Positions 10,009 through 20,078 of a DNA stretch of 64,000 nucleotides are shown here, in pieces (position 1 is the first letter of the stretch; every line of letters starts with the position of its first letter). The notes beneath the pieces are model-generated. The model was not told the DNA's origin, ran no database searches, and saw only the letters and a list, made by a program, of their open reading frames with translations. Location of the stretch: NCBI GenBank assembly GCA_012974295.1, contig JAAXQM010000016.1:121-64120 (forward strand). The letters run 5' to 3'. The position numbers were made by a program, and so were the translations under genes. This DNA is from Dehalococcoidales bacterium. GTDB taxonomy: Bacteria; Chloroflexota; Dehalococcoidia; E44-bin15.

Positions 10009-10103
10009 ATCATTGCCAGCGTATCGCTTCAATCAACACTTTTCATAACAAAACATCACTGAGATTATTAAGCCCCCCGACACGTCGGAGTCCTCGTAAT
10101 AAT
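10009..10103. repeat. Degenerate REP-like palindromic pair
   Basis: TCATTGCCAGCG..CAATC ... GAGATT..CCGACACGTCGGA..CTCGTAATAAT resembles GTCATTGCGAG/CTCGCAATGAC-type repeats. Confidence 0.4.
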
Positions 10104-10222
10104 GGCGGACAGCAGGCGAACGGTCACGTCCCGCTAATATCCTGGACACCGCATAACAGTGGCTTGCCAACCGTCTCATCTTTAATGTATACTATTATTG
10201 ATTCTAGGATGGGAGGTGGCTC

Positions 10223-10435
10223 TTGGAGAATAATGTTTTCCCCAAATGCCTAAAGTGTAATACTGGAGATTTAGTCCCGTTGTCAGATTTTGGTAGTCAG
10301 GGGGCGCCGATACACTACAAGGCTTGGGTTTGTACCAACCCTGATTGCGGCTTCAACCTCAAAATCAGGAATGGCGACCTTTATTTGAACGAACCCATCA
10401 TTAGTGGCGTGGGTCATACCGTTAAGGCTCGCTAG
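10223..10435 (+). CDS. Small zinc-ribbon-like protein of unknown function
   Basis: 70 aa; CLKC...CTNPDC; GGGAGG SD; TTGCCA-18-TATACT upstream. Confidence 0.8.
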   Translation: MENNVFPKCLKCNTGDLVPLSDFGSQGAPIHYKAWVCTNPDCGFNLKIRNGDLYLNEPIISGVGHTVKAR

Positions 10436-10469
10436 CTAAAAGGGCTTTTCAAATAACTGCTCGACATTT

Positions 10470-11201
10470 ATGAAAGCAGGCTCACTTCTTCCAGTGAACC
10501 TAATTTCTTCATTGAAGCAACTCGAGACGGGAGTTCTTGACCTCCTTTTCCCGCCGCGGTGCGTAGGTTGTGGGAACAGCGGGAGCTTTCTGTGTACCCC
10601 GTGCCTATCAGCGCTGCCTTATCTCCTCTCTCCGCTGTGCACTAAGTGCGGCAAACCGCTTTCCTATGGCACCATCTGTTATGACTGTGAAAAACACCCC
10701 TTTACATTCGATGGCATCCGCTCCCTCTCGCCTTATCACGGCTTGGTACGCCAGGCGATCCTCCAATTTAAATATCAGAATGTGAAAGCGCTCGCGGTAC
10801 CACTCGCTCAGCTAATGGGGACATATATTAACTCACATTCTTTGCCTGCTGATACCTTAGTCCCGGTACCCCTTCACCCCCGTCGCCTTCGGGAACGTGG
10901 CTATAATCAGTCCTCCCTGCTATCCAGGGAATTGAGTAGGCTTGTCTCGTTGCCCGTCGTTGAAGGGGCGCTCCTCCGCGCTAGGAATACACCTGCTCAA
11001 ACGAAAACCAACAGCGCCCAGGACCGCCACAGCAATGTAGCCGGTGCTTTTACCTGCCGGGGTCAACGAGTAGTAGGGAAACGTATACTCCTTATCGATG
11101 ATGTATGTACCTCAGGTGCCACTCTTAACGCCTGCGCTGCTGCGCTGAAGTCAGAAGGTGCCATCTCGGTATGGGGCTTGACAATGGCGCGGGATGTTTG
11201 A
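10470..11201 (+). CDS. comF: ComF family protein (double zinc ribbon + phosphoribosyltransferase fold)
   Basis: LLFPPRCVGC, CTKC, VPVPLH, RGYNQ, LLIDDVCTSGATL. Confidence 0.93.
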   Translation: MKAGSLLPVNLISSLKQLETGVLDLLFPPRCVGCGNSGSFLCTPCLSALPYLLSPLCTKCGKPLSYGTICYDCEKHPFTFDGIRSLSPYHGLVRQAILQFKYQNVKALAVPLAQLMGTYINSHSLPADTLVPVPLHPRRLRERGYNQSSLLSRELSRLVSLPVVEGALLRARNTPAQTKTNSAQDRHSNVAGAFTCRGQRVVGKRILLIDDVCTSGATLNACAAALKSEGAISVWGLTMARDV

Positions 11202-11204
11202 GGG

Positions 11205-12317
11205 ATGACAAAGGCATATGTAATCATTTTCCTCGGTGGTATCGCGGGCAGTCCGGTCGCAGAGATGGTCGCCGGTTGCCACCGTGCCATCGCCCGGGAT
11301 ACCATAGAGCGGATACATCAGGCCGGCATCTTCGATAGGGTGATCCTGGTCACCGATGGAGACCAGCTCGATCCCTCCGTGGTGGTAGAGCAGAGTGGGC
11401 ACCCATTTCATTTCGGTAAAAGGCTCAAAGAGATTATTGACAAATACGATATTGAAACGCCCTTCTATATAGGCGGGGGCAGTATTCCCCTCCTCTCTTC
11501 AGATGAACTAAGGGAACTCGGCATTCAGCTATCCTCATTAGAGAATGCGGTGATTACTAACAATCATTATTCCGCCGACATGGTCGCTTTCACCCCAGGG
11601 AAGGCCATCGGGGATATCGAGCTTCCCACGACCGATAATCCCCTGGCACAGCTTCTGGTACGGCAAGCCGGCTTACATGAGGTCTGTCTGCCACATACCG
11701 CCCACTATCAGTTCGATGTAGACACGCCCACCGACCTATTCGTCCTTAAGCTTCACCCGGGGATCGGTAGCAACACCAGGGCATATCTTGAAGGGCTTGA
11801 ACTGGATACCTCTCACCTGGAACGTGCGGTGCGCCTCTTCACCGACGAAGATGCCCAGATCCTCATAGCCGGGCGTGTGGGCAGTCATGTCTGGTCCCAA
11901 CTGGAAAGTGAGACATCTTGTCGGGTACGCATGCTCGCCGAAGAGAGAAGTCTGCGCGCCGATGAACGCGACAGGCGCGGTGAGGTATGCACTATTCTAG
12001 GCTTCTATCTGGAGCAGGTAGGCACGGAGCGCTTCTTTAAAACACTAGCCCGGTTAGGTAACGCCGCTTTTATTGATACCAGAGTGCTCTTCACTCACTT
12101 TGGATTAAATCTTACTACAGCAGACCGCTTCTACTCCGACCTGGGACAGTATGCAAAGATAAATAACCCCTTTGTCCGTGAATTCACACAACAGGCTATG
12201 GAGTCTCCAATTCCGGTCATCCTTGGGGGGCATTCACTGGTCTCGGGCGGTTTACTCGCCCTCATCGAGTTAGCCCGGCCAGGAAATAGGATGTTATTGA
12301 CAGGGAAAGGATGGTAA
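11205..12317 (+). CDS. Hypothetical protein; N-terminal half resembles CofC/nucleotide-diphospho-sugar transferase fold
   Basis: 370 aa; [10 protein letters not shown] and FDVDTPTDL motifs; closely coupled to comF. Confidence 0.65.
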   Translation: MTKAYVIIFLGGIAGSPVAEMVAGCHRAIARDTIERIHQAGIFDRVILVTDGDQLDPSVVVEQSGHPFHFGKRLKEIIDKYDIETPFYIGGGSIPLLSSDELRELGIQLSSLENAVITNNHYSADMVAFTPGKAIGDIELPTTDNPLAQLLVRQAGLHEVCLPHTAHYQFDVDTPTDLFVLKLHPGIGSNTRAYLEGLELDTSHLERAVRLFTDEDAQILIAGRVGSHVWSQLESETSCRVRMLAEERSLRADERDRRGEVCTILGFYLEQVGTERFFKTLARLGNAAFIDTRVLFTHFGLNLTTADRFYSDLGQYAKINNPFVREFTQQAMESPIPVILGGHSLVSGGLLALIELARPGNRMLLTGKGW

Positions 12318-12325
12318 AATAAACT
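12297..12325 (+). promoter_or_regulatory. sigma70-type promoter for glyA
   Basis: TTGACA-17nt-TAAACT. Confidence 0.7.
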
Positions 12326-12381
12326 ATCGTCCGTCAGGAGATGATGCGTCCCTACCCTATATACGCTATAGAGGAAAAAAT

Positions 12382-13647
12382 ATGAATAAACAGTTCACCA
12401 ACCACTACACCTCAGTCGAAAAGAGCGATCCGGAGGTTTGGCAAACAATTCACCGCGAGGTGGAGCGCCAGCGACGGAATATTGAGCTCATCGCCTCCGA
12501 GAACCATGCTTCGCCGGCCGTTCTGGAGGTCCAAGGGTCAGTGCTCACCGACAAATACGCCGAGGGCTATCCGAATCGCCGCTATTATGGTGGTTGCCAG
12601 GCTGTTGACAAAGTTGAGGAGCTGTCGAGGGAACGGGCCAAGTTACTTTTTAAGGCTGAGCATGCCAATGTCCAACCTCACAGTGGCACCCAGGCAAACA
12701 TGGCGGCATATTTCACCCTGATCGACCCCGGAGATACTGTGCTGGCAATGAGTTTAGCCCACGGGGGGCACCTTACCCACGGGAGCGCAGTTAATTTCTC
12801 CGGCAAGCTTTATCGCTTTATCAGCTATGGTGTAAGCCAAGAAACCGAGCGATTGGACTACGATGAGATAGAGCGGATTGCCCGGGAGCACCGACCCAAG
12901 CTTATCGTTGCAGGCGCCAGTGCCTATCCCAGGATTATCGACTTTGAGCGGTTCCGCCAGATCGCCGACATTGCCGGGGCATATCTCTTAGTGGACATGG
13001 CTCACATAGCGGGGCTGATCGCCGCCGGGGTGCACCCCTCACCCATTCTCCACGCTGATATCGTCACCTCCACCACCCATAAGACGCTGCGGGGGCCGCG
13101 CGGTGGCTTCGTCTTATCTAAGGCGCAGTTTGCTTCCCGACTCGATGAGGCAATCTTCCCCGGCACTCAGGGCGGTCCTTTAATGCACGTTATTGCCGCA
13201 AAGGCAGTGGCCTTTGGCGAAGCTATGACTTCCGATTTCATCAGCTATCAGCACGCGGTAGTAGAGAACGCTCGCATCCTGGGTGACGAGCTTCAGAAGG
13301 ATGGTCTACGCCTCGTTTCAGGAGGTACGGAGAATCATCTTCTGCTAATCGACCTTTCCTCTCTAGAGATAACCGGAAAGCAAGCCGAGGAAGCACTGGA
13401 CTCCGTGTGGATCACGGTGAATCGTAATGCTATCCCCTTCGACAGCCGTCCTCCCCAGCTTACCAGCGGTATTCGACTGGGCACCCCCGCAGTCACCACC
13501 CGCGGTTTTGGTCCCGACGAGATAAGGCACATTGCTCAACTCATTATTAAAGTGCTCGCCAATATAGGTGATGAGCAAATCTATGAGGAAGTGCGTCGAG
13601 CAGTGGAAGATATATCCCGTCGTTTCCCGGTGCCCGGGATTGGTTAG
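12382..13647 (+). CDS. glyA: Serine hydroxymethyltransferase
   Basis: [29 protein letters not shown] (PLP lysine), [14 protein letters not shown]. Confidence 0.99.
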   Translation: MNKQFTNHYTSVEKSDPEVWQTIHREVERQRRNIELIASENHASPAVLEVQGSVLTDKYAEGYPNRRYYGGCQAVDKVEELSRERAKLLFKAEHANVQPHSGTQANMAAYFTLIDPGDTVLAMSLAHGGHLTHGSAVNFSGKLYRFISYGVSQETERLDYDEIERIAREHRPKLIVAGASAYPRIIDFERFRQIADIAGAYLLVDMAHIAGLIAAGVHPSPILHADIVTSTTHKTLRGPRGGFVLSKAQFASRLDEAIFPGTQGGPLMHVIAAKAVAFGEAMTSDFISYQHAVVENARILGDELQKDGLRLVSGGTENHLLLIDLSSLEITGKQAEEALDSVWITVNRNAIPFDSRPPQLTSGIRLGTPAVTTRGFGPDEIRHIAQLIIKVLANIGDEQIYEEVRRAVEDISRRFPVPGIG

Positions 13648-13721
13648 TTGTTACTACAGCCTTTTCATGTTATAATCCAATTTGTAATTATTGAGCTTGT
13701 ACAAAGTCTGGAGGTAATGGA

Positions 13722-14012
13722 TTGCGAGACTATGAACTCACCGTAGTAATTAGCCCTTCGGTTGCCGATGACGAGGTAACCGCTACCCTGGAGAAGAAGG
13801 TGAGCCAGTTCATTACTGAACGGGGTGGTTCCATTACCGAAGTGAAACCATGGGGCAGAAAAAGGCTTGCTTACCCGATAAAAAACCATAATGAAGGGAA
13901 TTATGTGCTCACCATTTTTAAAATGGATCCTAATCTCACTGCAGAGCTTGAGTCAAGTCTAGAACTCTCGGAGGAGATCCTGCGCCACCTGTTAGTCAGG
14001 TTGAGTGACTAG
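13722..14012 (+). CDS. rpsF: 30S ribosomal protein S6
   Basis: MRDYEL, WGRKRLAYPIK, ILRHL; GGAGG SD. Confidence 0.97.
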   Translation: MRDYELTVVISPSVADDEVTATLEKKVSQFITERGGSITEVKPWGRKRLAYPIKNHNEGNYVLTIFKMDPNLTAELESSLELSEEILRHLLVRLSD

Positions 14013-14027
14013 GAAAGGAGTTGAGAC

Positions 14028-14429
14028 ATGGCGAGTCTTAATAAGGTAATGGTTATTGGTAACCTGGGCACTGACCCTGAGATGCGCTTCACTCCTAACG
14101 GCAACCAGGTAACCTCATTTCGTATAGCCAGCACGCGGACATACACCACCTCCGAAGGGGAGAAACAGCAGGAGACAGAGTGGTTTACTGTGACTACCTG
14201 GGGCAAGCTGGCAGAGACATGTAACCAGTTTCTTGCCAAGGGTCGTCGGGCCTACGTTGAGGGAAGGCTGAGAACACGTAACTGGGAGGGGCAGGACGGT
14301 CAGAAGCGCTTCAATACTGAGATTGTGGCCAACACGGTTATTTTTCTCGATCGCCCGGGAGCGGCTCCGCTTCCTGAGGATGCCGAGGGGGGAGCAGAAG
14401 ATATACAGCCAGAGGAGCTCCCTTTCTAA
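14028..14429 (+). CDS. ssb: Single-stranded DNA-binding protein
   Basis: LNKVMVIGNLG, VEGRLRTR, acidic tail ending ELPF. Confidence 0.98.
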   Translation: MASLNKVMVIGNLGTDPEMRFTPNGNQVTSFRIASTRTYTTSEGEKQQETEWFTVTTWGKLAETCNQFLAKGRRAYVEGRLRTRNWEGQDGQKRFNTEIVANTVIFLDRPGAAPLPEDAEGGAEDIQPEELPF

Positions 14430-14451
14430 AATAGCTAGAGAGGAATAAATA

Positions 14452-14778
14452 ATGCCTGGAAGAAGGCCAGTAAAGTCAGCTAAAGGAAAGTCGTCACAAG
14501 GAAGAAAACCGGGCGGGGGCAGGAGGTTTATCCCGAAGCGCAAGGTGTGCTCCTTCTGTGTTGCTCATGTAGAAACTATCGAGTATAAGGATCCAGCTAT
14601 GCTCCGCCGCTATATCTCAGACCGGGGCAAGATCGAGCCTCGTCGCCGCACTGGCACCTGTGCTAAGCACCAGCGTGCTTTAGCGATGGCAATAAAACGG
14701 GCGCGGCATCTCGCGATGCTCCCCTTTACCCCAGAACATATTCGCCCGGTTATCAGCAGCAGGAGTTTACAGGACTAA
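14452..14778 (+). CDS. rpsR: 30S ribosomal protein S18 (Cys-containing form)
   Basis: [34 protein letters not shown]. Confidence 0.97.
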   Translation: MPGRRPVKSAKGKSSQGRKPGGGRRFIPKRKVCSFCVAHVETIEYKDPAMLRRYISDRGKIEPRRRTGTCAKHQRALAMAIKRARHLAMLPFTPEHIRPVISSRSLQD

Positions 14779-14816
14779 ACGCTTTTCCCACGTGAAACCT
14801 CCAACCAATAACCTGT

Positions 14817-14840
14817 AAAGCCCCCGAGAGGGCTTTGTTA
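14817..14840 (+). terminator. Probable intrinsic terminator after rpsR
   Basis: AAAGCCC-ccgaga-GGGCTTT followed by GTTATT. Confidence 0.45.
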
Positions 14841-14846
14841 TTAAAA

Positions 14847-15833
14847 ATGGCGAAAAAAGAGAAGTCTCCGATAAAACACGGGCCGACAAAACGTCGTCTC
14901 GCACGATGGCAGCAGGAGAGACGAAGGCGACGGATCGTTGCCGCCATCGGTATGTCTGTTCTTATCGTCATTGCAGCACTCATCAGCTATGGGTTCTATG
15001 CAACTAGCATCGCCCCGGGAAGCGAGTGGGTCACCACGGTAGGGGATAGGGATTTTAATAGTAATGACTATGCTAGGACGCTGCGCCTATATCCCCCTTC
15101 ACAAGAATCTGCCAATCCCGCCCAGCTAACATTGGAAAACATGGAGAATATCGAGCTTTTATGGCAGGGATCAGCAGGTTTCAACATAAGCGTCACCGAC
15201 GATGAGGTCACCCAAGAGATCAGACGCTTGCTGGAAGAGAATGGAGAACCGCTTACCGATGAGGAGTTCGAAGAACGCTACAAAGAAGTGCTCAGTGCTA
15301 CGGGGCTTACGGATGAGGAATACCGGGAGGTAGTGAAGACAGGACTAATACAAACAGAGGTGAGTGAGCATTTCTTAGATCAGGTTCCCCAATCCGCCGA
15401 GCAGGTTCATGTGGAGGCAATCTCGGTAGCCACCGAGGAGGAGGCAATGGAGGTTATGGGTAACCTATCTGCGGGAGAAGATTTCACCTCTATCGCTGCT
15501 AAGTTAGGGGGCGGCGATATAGGCTGGCTGCCCCGGGGGATAGCCAGCCAGGAATTCGACGATGTCGCGTTCAACCCTGACATTGAACTTGGTACCGTCA
15601 CGCCGTTTGGCACCGATGAGGGCTGGTATATTATCAGGGTTCTGGGGCATGAAGAGGATAAAGCAATCGACGAGGCCACAAGAAATCAGCTAGCAGTCAA
15701 CGCAATTTCTAGCTGGATGGCGGATGAGTGGGAGATCAAGGTGGAACGCAACCCCAAGTACGATCTGGAAAACCCAGGATATATAGAAAATTTGCAGGAC
15801 CTGTATGTATGGGCCCTGGACAAAATTAATTAG
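14847..15833 (+). CDS. Membrane-anchored SurA/PrsA-like PpiC-type peptidyl-prolyl isomerase
   Basis: Basic N-terminus and TM helix, SurA-like helical region, rotamase motif GGDIGWLPRG...EFDDVAF...TDEGWYIIRV. Confidence 0.85.
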   Translation: MAKKEKSPIKHGPTKRRLARWQQERRRRRIVAAIGMSVLIVIAALISYGFYATSIAPGSEWVTTVGDRDFNSNDYARTLRLYPPSQESANPAQLTLENMENIELLWQGSAGFNISVTDDEVTQEIRRLLEENGEPLTDEEFEERYKEVLSATGLTDEEYREVVKTGLIQTEVSEHFLDQVPQSAEQVHVEAISVATEEEAMEVMGNLSAGEDFTSIAAKLGGGDIGWLPRGIASQEFDDVAFNPDIELGTVTPFGTDEGWYIIRVLGHEEDKAIDEATRNQLAVNAISSWMADEWEIKVERNPKYDLENPGYIENLQDLYVWALDKIN

Positions 15834-15849
15834 TCGGAGTAGACGACAA

Positions 15850-17148
15850 TTGGGTAAAAAGGAGAGCATAGGGGTTGGTCTTCTCGGGCTGGGTGTTGTA
15901 GGCGGAGGTGTAGCCCGAGCGCTAACAGGGCGAGCGGAGGCTCTCGATACCCAGGTTGGCTGCCCGCTACGCCTGCTGAAGATAGCGGAGAAAGACCTCG
16001 CTAAGACGCGCGCTTCACAGATAAACCCCGATCTCTTTACCACCGATCCGGCAGAGGTCATCGCCGACCCGGAGATCGATATAGTAATCGAGGTCCTCGG
16101 CGGTGAGCACCCTGCCATGGAACTTATCAACGACGCCCTGGGAAGGGGGAAATATGTAGTCACTTCCAATAAGGAGGTGATGGCAAAGCACTTCCCCGAG
16201 TTCCTATCTCTGGCGAAAGACAAGGGAGTGGATATCCTCTACGAGGCCAGTGTGGGGGGAGGCATCCCCTTGATCGCCCCATTCAAGCAAAACCTTTTAG
16301 CCAATGAGATCAGAACTATTTATGCCATTATCAATGGAACAACCAACTATATCCTGACCATGATGGCCTCAGCGGGGGTCGATTTTTCATCAGCCCTGAA
16401 GCAGGCTCAGGATCTAGGCTACGCTGAAGCTGACCCGATAAACGATATCGAGGGGATAGACGCCGTCTATAAGCTCGTTATACTCACCACTTTAGCCTTT
16501 CGTGTCGAGGTGCACCCCGATGACATCTATCGGGAGGGTATTTCCCGCCTCTCATCCCGCGACTTCCGCTACGCAAAAGAGCTGGGCTATGAGATAAAGC
16601 TCCTCGCTATCGCAAAAGAACAGGATGGCGCCATTGAAGCGCGCGTCCATCCCGTTTTCCTTCCCCAAGACCTACTCCTGGCCAAGGTTGATGGCGTGAA
16701 TAATGCGGTACAGGTAGAGGGCGACCTGGTAGGGCGATTGCTGTTCTACGGCCAGGGGGCGGGCCCTGCCCCGACCTCGAGCGCCGTAATCGCCGATGTA
16801 ATCGATGTGGCACAGCGAATCAGCCATGGAGTAAGTATCACCCCCATGTTGCGTCTTGACCCTACGAAGAAGATCAAGCCCATCTCCGAGATCGAGACCC
16901 GGTATTATCTAAGGATGAGCACAGTAGATCGTCACGGCGTGCTGGCCAAGATCTCAAGGGTTATGGGTGACAACCTCATCAGCATCTCATCAGTAATTCA
17001 GAAGGAGAGCGATATCTCCGCCGATGTAGCGGAGATCGTGCTCATGACCTATCCGGCAAAAGAGCAGGCAATGCAGCAGGCGATGAGGGAGATCGAACAC
17101 CTCGATGTGGTGCGGGAGATCTCGAACTTCGTCCGTGTGGAGGACTAA
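15850..17148 (+). CDS. hom: Homoserine dehydrogenase with ACT domain
   Basis: GLLGLGVVGGG, YEASVGGGIP, INGTTNYIL, GYAEADP, GAGPAPTSSAV; TTG start at 15850 preferred. Confidence 0.97.
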   Translation: MGKKESIGVGLLGLGVVGGGVARALTGRAEALDTQVGCPLRLLKIAEKDLAKTRASQINPDLFTTDPAEVIADPEIDIVIEVLGGEHPAMELINDALGRGKYVVTSNKEVMAKHFPEFLSLAKDKGVDILYEASVGGGIPLIAPFKQNLLANEIRTIYAIINGTTNYILTMMASAGVDFSSALKQAQDLGYAEADPINDIEGIDAVYKLVILTTLAFRVEVHPDDIYREGISRLSSRDFRYAKELGYEIKLLAIAKEQDGAIEARVHPVFLPQDLLLAKVDGVNNAVQVEGDLVGRLLFYGQGAGPAPTSSAVIADVIDVAQRISHGVSITPMLRLDPTKKIKPISEIETRYYLRMSTVDRHGVLAKISRVMGDNLISISSVIQKESDISADVAEIVLMTYPAKEQAMQQAMREIEHLDVVREISNFVRVED

Positions 17149-17230
17149 AGGGCCATATCCATGGCAATATAACAGGTCAGCCGATTAGGTTCTGTATATC
17201 ATTATGTAAATTATTTGAAAGGACGAAAAA

Positions 17231-17611
17231 ATGGGCTATCTATCCCCCCTGCTGGCGGTACGGAATGTGAAAGAGACGATCGAATTCTATAAGAATATTC
17301 TTGGATTCGAGACAGGGATGATTTTCCCCGACGAAAGCAACCCTGAATATGCCGATCTTTCAAAGGACGGTATGGTGATGATGTTTATACTGACTAAAAA
17401 TATGGGTATTGGCAGCGATGATAAGCTGGGAATCGGTGTGAACCTGTATATGGAAATCGATGGCGACATTGATGAGTATTACGCTGAATTGAAGAGTAAG
17501 AGCGTTAAGATCGTATACGATATAAAGGATGAGCACTTTGGCATCAGGGACTTTGCCATCGAGGATATCGATGGGTATCAACTGACATTCAATCGCCGTC
17601 TTGAGGGCTAA
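17231..17611 (+). CDS. VOC/glyoxalase/bleomycin-resistance family protein
   Basis: LAVRNVKETIEFYKNILGF, FGIRDFAIEDIDGYQLTF; AAGGA SD. Confidence 0.9.
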   Translation: MGYLSPLLAVRNVKETIEFYKNILGFETGMIFPDESNPEYADLSKDGMVMMFILTKNMGIGSDDKLGIGVNLYMEIDGDIDEYYAELKSKSVKIVYDIKDEHFGIRDFAIEDIDGYQLTFNRRLEG

Positions 17612-17647
17612 CAAACCGGCAACTTTGAACTTAGCGAAAAATAGAAA

Positions 17648-18697
17648 ATGAAAAAAGGTATTCTGGAAAGATACGGAGAATTCCTCCCCATTACCACAAA
17701 GACTCCGATTATTACACTGGGGGAGGGGGATACGCCCCTGGTTCGGTCTCAGAAGATCGAGAGTGAAATAGGATGCGAGCTTTACTTCAAGCTTGAAGGG
17801 TGCAACCCCACCGGCTCCTTCAAGGACCGGGGGATGGTTATAGCCGTGGCCAAGGCAGTGGAGGAAGGTAGCAAGGCGATTATTTGCGCCTCCACCGGCA
17901 ATACCAGCGCTTCGGCGGCTGCCTTCGGGGCGAGATTCGGCCTGCAGACCATCGTCATAATCCCCGAGGGAAAGATCGCCCAGGGGAAGCTGTCCCAGGC
18001 CCTTATTTATGGGGCCAGGATCATAGCAATAGACGGCAATTTCGACCAGGCGCTGACAATTGTACGCACCCTTGCAGAGAGACATCCCATCACACTTGTT
18101 AATTCCGTTAATCCTAATCGCATCGAAGGGCAGAAGACAGGCGCCTTCGAGATCGTAGATGCGCTGGGCGATGCCCCGGATTATCACTTCATCCCGGTGG
18201 GCAACGCAGGGAATATCACCGCCTACTGGAAGGGCTATTCCGAGTATCATCAGTCCGGCCACTCTATCAATAAGCCACGAATGATGGGCTTTCAGGCTGA
18301 GGGGGCATCCCCTATTGTCCAGGGGAGGGTCTTTGAGCACCCTGAGACGGTGGCGACAGCTATCAGGATTGGCAACCCGGCAAGCTGGAAGAGGGCGGTC
18401 GCTGCCAGGGATGAGTCAGGCGGCATCATCGACTCGGTCACCGACGAAGAGATCCTCTCCGCCTATCGCCTGCTTGCTCAGAAGGAGGGAATCTTCGGTG
18501 AGCCGGCCTCGGCAGCCTCAGTGGCCGGTCTATTGAAGGTGGTAGGGCAGGGCATGAACCTGAGGGACAAAAAAGTAGTTTGCATTATCACCGGTGCCGG
18601 ATTAAAGGACCCGGACACTGCAATCCAATGTGCGCCGCCTCCTGTTGAGCTCCCCGCTGAGCTCTCCGCTATCGAGCAAGCCCTGGGCTTAGAATGA
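17648..18697 (+). CDS. thrC: Threonine synthase
   Basis: [48 protein letters not shown]. Confidence 0.98.
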   Translation: MKKGILERYGEFLPITTKTPIITLGEGDTPLVRSQKIESEIGCELYFKLEGCNPTGSFKDRGMVIAVAKAVEEGSKAIICASTGNTSASAAAFGARFGLQTIVIIPEGKIAQGKLSQALIYGARIIAIDGNFDQALTIVRTLAERHPITLVNSVNPNRIEGQKTGAFEIVDALGDAPDYHFIPVGNAGNITAYWKGYSEYHQSGHSINKPRMMGFQAEGASPIVQGRVFEHPETVATAIRIGNPASWKRAVAARDESGGIIDSVTDEEILSAYRLLAQKEGIFGEPASAASVAGLLKVVGQGMNLRDKKVVCIITGAGLKDPDTAIQCAPPPVELPAELSAIEQALGLE

Positions 18698-18719
18698 TTC
18701 TAGAATCGAGGAGGTCTCA

Positions 18720-19298
18720 ATGGCTAAAGTAAGCATAGAAGGCGCGGGAAAGTTCTCTCACCATTACCCCAAGGTGGCTACCATAGTTACCGTCCATGCA
18801 ACAGGAAAAGACAATGCCATGGCCGTAGCGTGGCACTCTTCCATCTCCGCAAATCCGCCCATGTACGGGGTCTCCATCGCTCCGAAAAGGTTCACCATGG
18901 AGCTGATGCTGGAGGCTAAGGAATTTGGGGTGAACTTCATGCCTATTGAGAAAGCAGAACTCGTTGCCTCTGTAGGCGGCATCTCTGGCAGGGAGGTGGA
19001 TAAGTTCCAGAGGTGGGGGATCGAAAAGGATAAGCCGCTAAAGACATCGGTGCCCATCCTAAGGGATGCCTACGCCTGCTATGAGTGCAAGCTGGTAGAC
19101 CATACAACCTATGGCGACCATGTGTGGGTTGTTGGTGAAATACTGGCTACTCACTTTGAGGAAGAACTATTTACAGAGGGGCAAGCGCTCAACCTAGAGC
19201 GCGTCTCGCCCGCCTTATTCATGGGTAATGAGCTCTATACCATCCCGGCGAAAGACAACATACGAAATCTCGACCGCAAGGTCTACGGGAAGCGCTGA
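18720..19298 (+). CDS. Flavin reductase-like (FMN split-barrel) protein
   Basis: NAMAVAW, EFGVNF, SGREVDKF, ECKL..GDH. Confidence 0.9.
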   Translation: MAKVSIEGAGKFSHHYPKVATIVTVHATGKDNAMAVAWHSSISANPPMYGVSIAPKRFTMELMLEAKEFGVNFMPIEKAELVASVGGISGREVDKFQRWGIEKDKPLKTSVPILRDAYACYECKLVDHTTYGDHVWVVGEILATHFEEELFTEGQALNLERVSPALFMGNELYTIPAKDNIRNLDRKVYGKR

Positions 19299-19310
19299 AA
19301 GGAATGGACA

Positions 19311-19871
19311 TTGGTCAATAAAGGCAGGATTAAGAAAGCATTTACATCCATACTCGAAGCCGTCGGTGAAAACCCGTCACGGGAGGGTCTTAAAGACACG
19401 CCGAAACGTATCGCCGATATGTACGCCGACATTTTCAGCGGCCTCGATATGGATCCCAGGGATGCGCTCGTCGTGGGCTTTGACGAGGGTCACCACGAGA
19501 TGGTGATCCTCAAGGACATCCCCTTCTACTCCATGTGCGAGCATCACTTTCTCCCATTCTTCGGGTTAGCGCATGTAGGCTACATCCCCAAGGGGCGAAT
19601 CGCCGGGGCCTCTAAAGTGGCCCGCGCGGTGGACATTCTGGCAAAGCGGCCCCAGCTTCAGGAGAGGCTGACCACCCAGATCGCGGAGGCAATGGTCGAG
19701 GCTCTCAAGCCAAACGGAGTGGCGGTGGTCATAGAAGCGGAGCATATGTGCATGACTATGCGCGGTGTGAAGAAGCCAAGGTCTAAAATCGTAACATCCG
19801 CAATGAGGGGAATTTTCCGCGAGAACCCCGCCACCCGCGCTGAGTTCATGTCGCTGTTACAGGGACGCTAG
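19311..19871 (+). CDS. folE: GTP cyclohydrolase I
   Basis: [40 protein letters not shown]. Confidence 0.98.
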   Translation: MVNKGRIKKAFTSILEAVGENPSREGLKDTPKRIADMYADIFSGLDMDPRDALVVGFDEGHHEMVILKDIPFYSMCEHHFLPFFGLAHVGYIPKGRIAGASKVARAVDILAKRPQLQERLTTQIAEAMVEALKPNGVAVVIEAEHMCMTMRGVKKPRSKIVTSAMRGIFRENPATRAEFMSLLQGR

Positions 19872-19928
19872 ACTCGTTCCGCTATCGCTATTCACATCAC
19901 AATCTGGAGATTATTAGATTTTCTCTAT

Positions 19929-20039
19929 GAGAATGCTGAAATAGACTCAATTAACCCTCTTATCTCACACCTTGGAGATTATTAAAGCTGGTGGACACCC
20001 CCAGCAGAAAGCATCCTGTACCTCTCTCTCAGCGGTCTC
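19929..20039 (+). mobile_element. MITE-like dispersed repeat, copy 2 (degenerate)
   Basis: GAGAATGCTGAAATAG...TCTCAGCGGTCTC; flanks TCTAT/TCCAT. Confidence 0.75.
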
Positions 20040-20078
20040 TCCATATTACGCTTTTAATCGTTACCTTAATCGGACCTG

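Noticed and set aside
12326..12381. ZTP, glycine or THF riboswitch before glyA
   Set aside because: The leader is only about 50 nt and lacks the consensus motifs.
13648..13721. S6:S18-binding leader before rpsF
   Set aside because: I could not find the conserved CCG-containing stem.
17160..17640. attC-like ends (ATATAAC, GGCTAAC) around the VOC gene; similar TAAC/GTTAG motifs at about 28746 and 47356
   Set aside because: No matching GTTRRRY at a plausible distance, no L boxes and no integrase.
17360..18340. Long antisense ORFs (also 53309-54121, 33882-34583, 21905-22492)
   Set aside because: They are shadows of thrC, gap, rph and the ABC permease, with no recognisable motifs.
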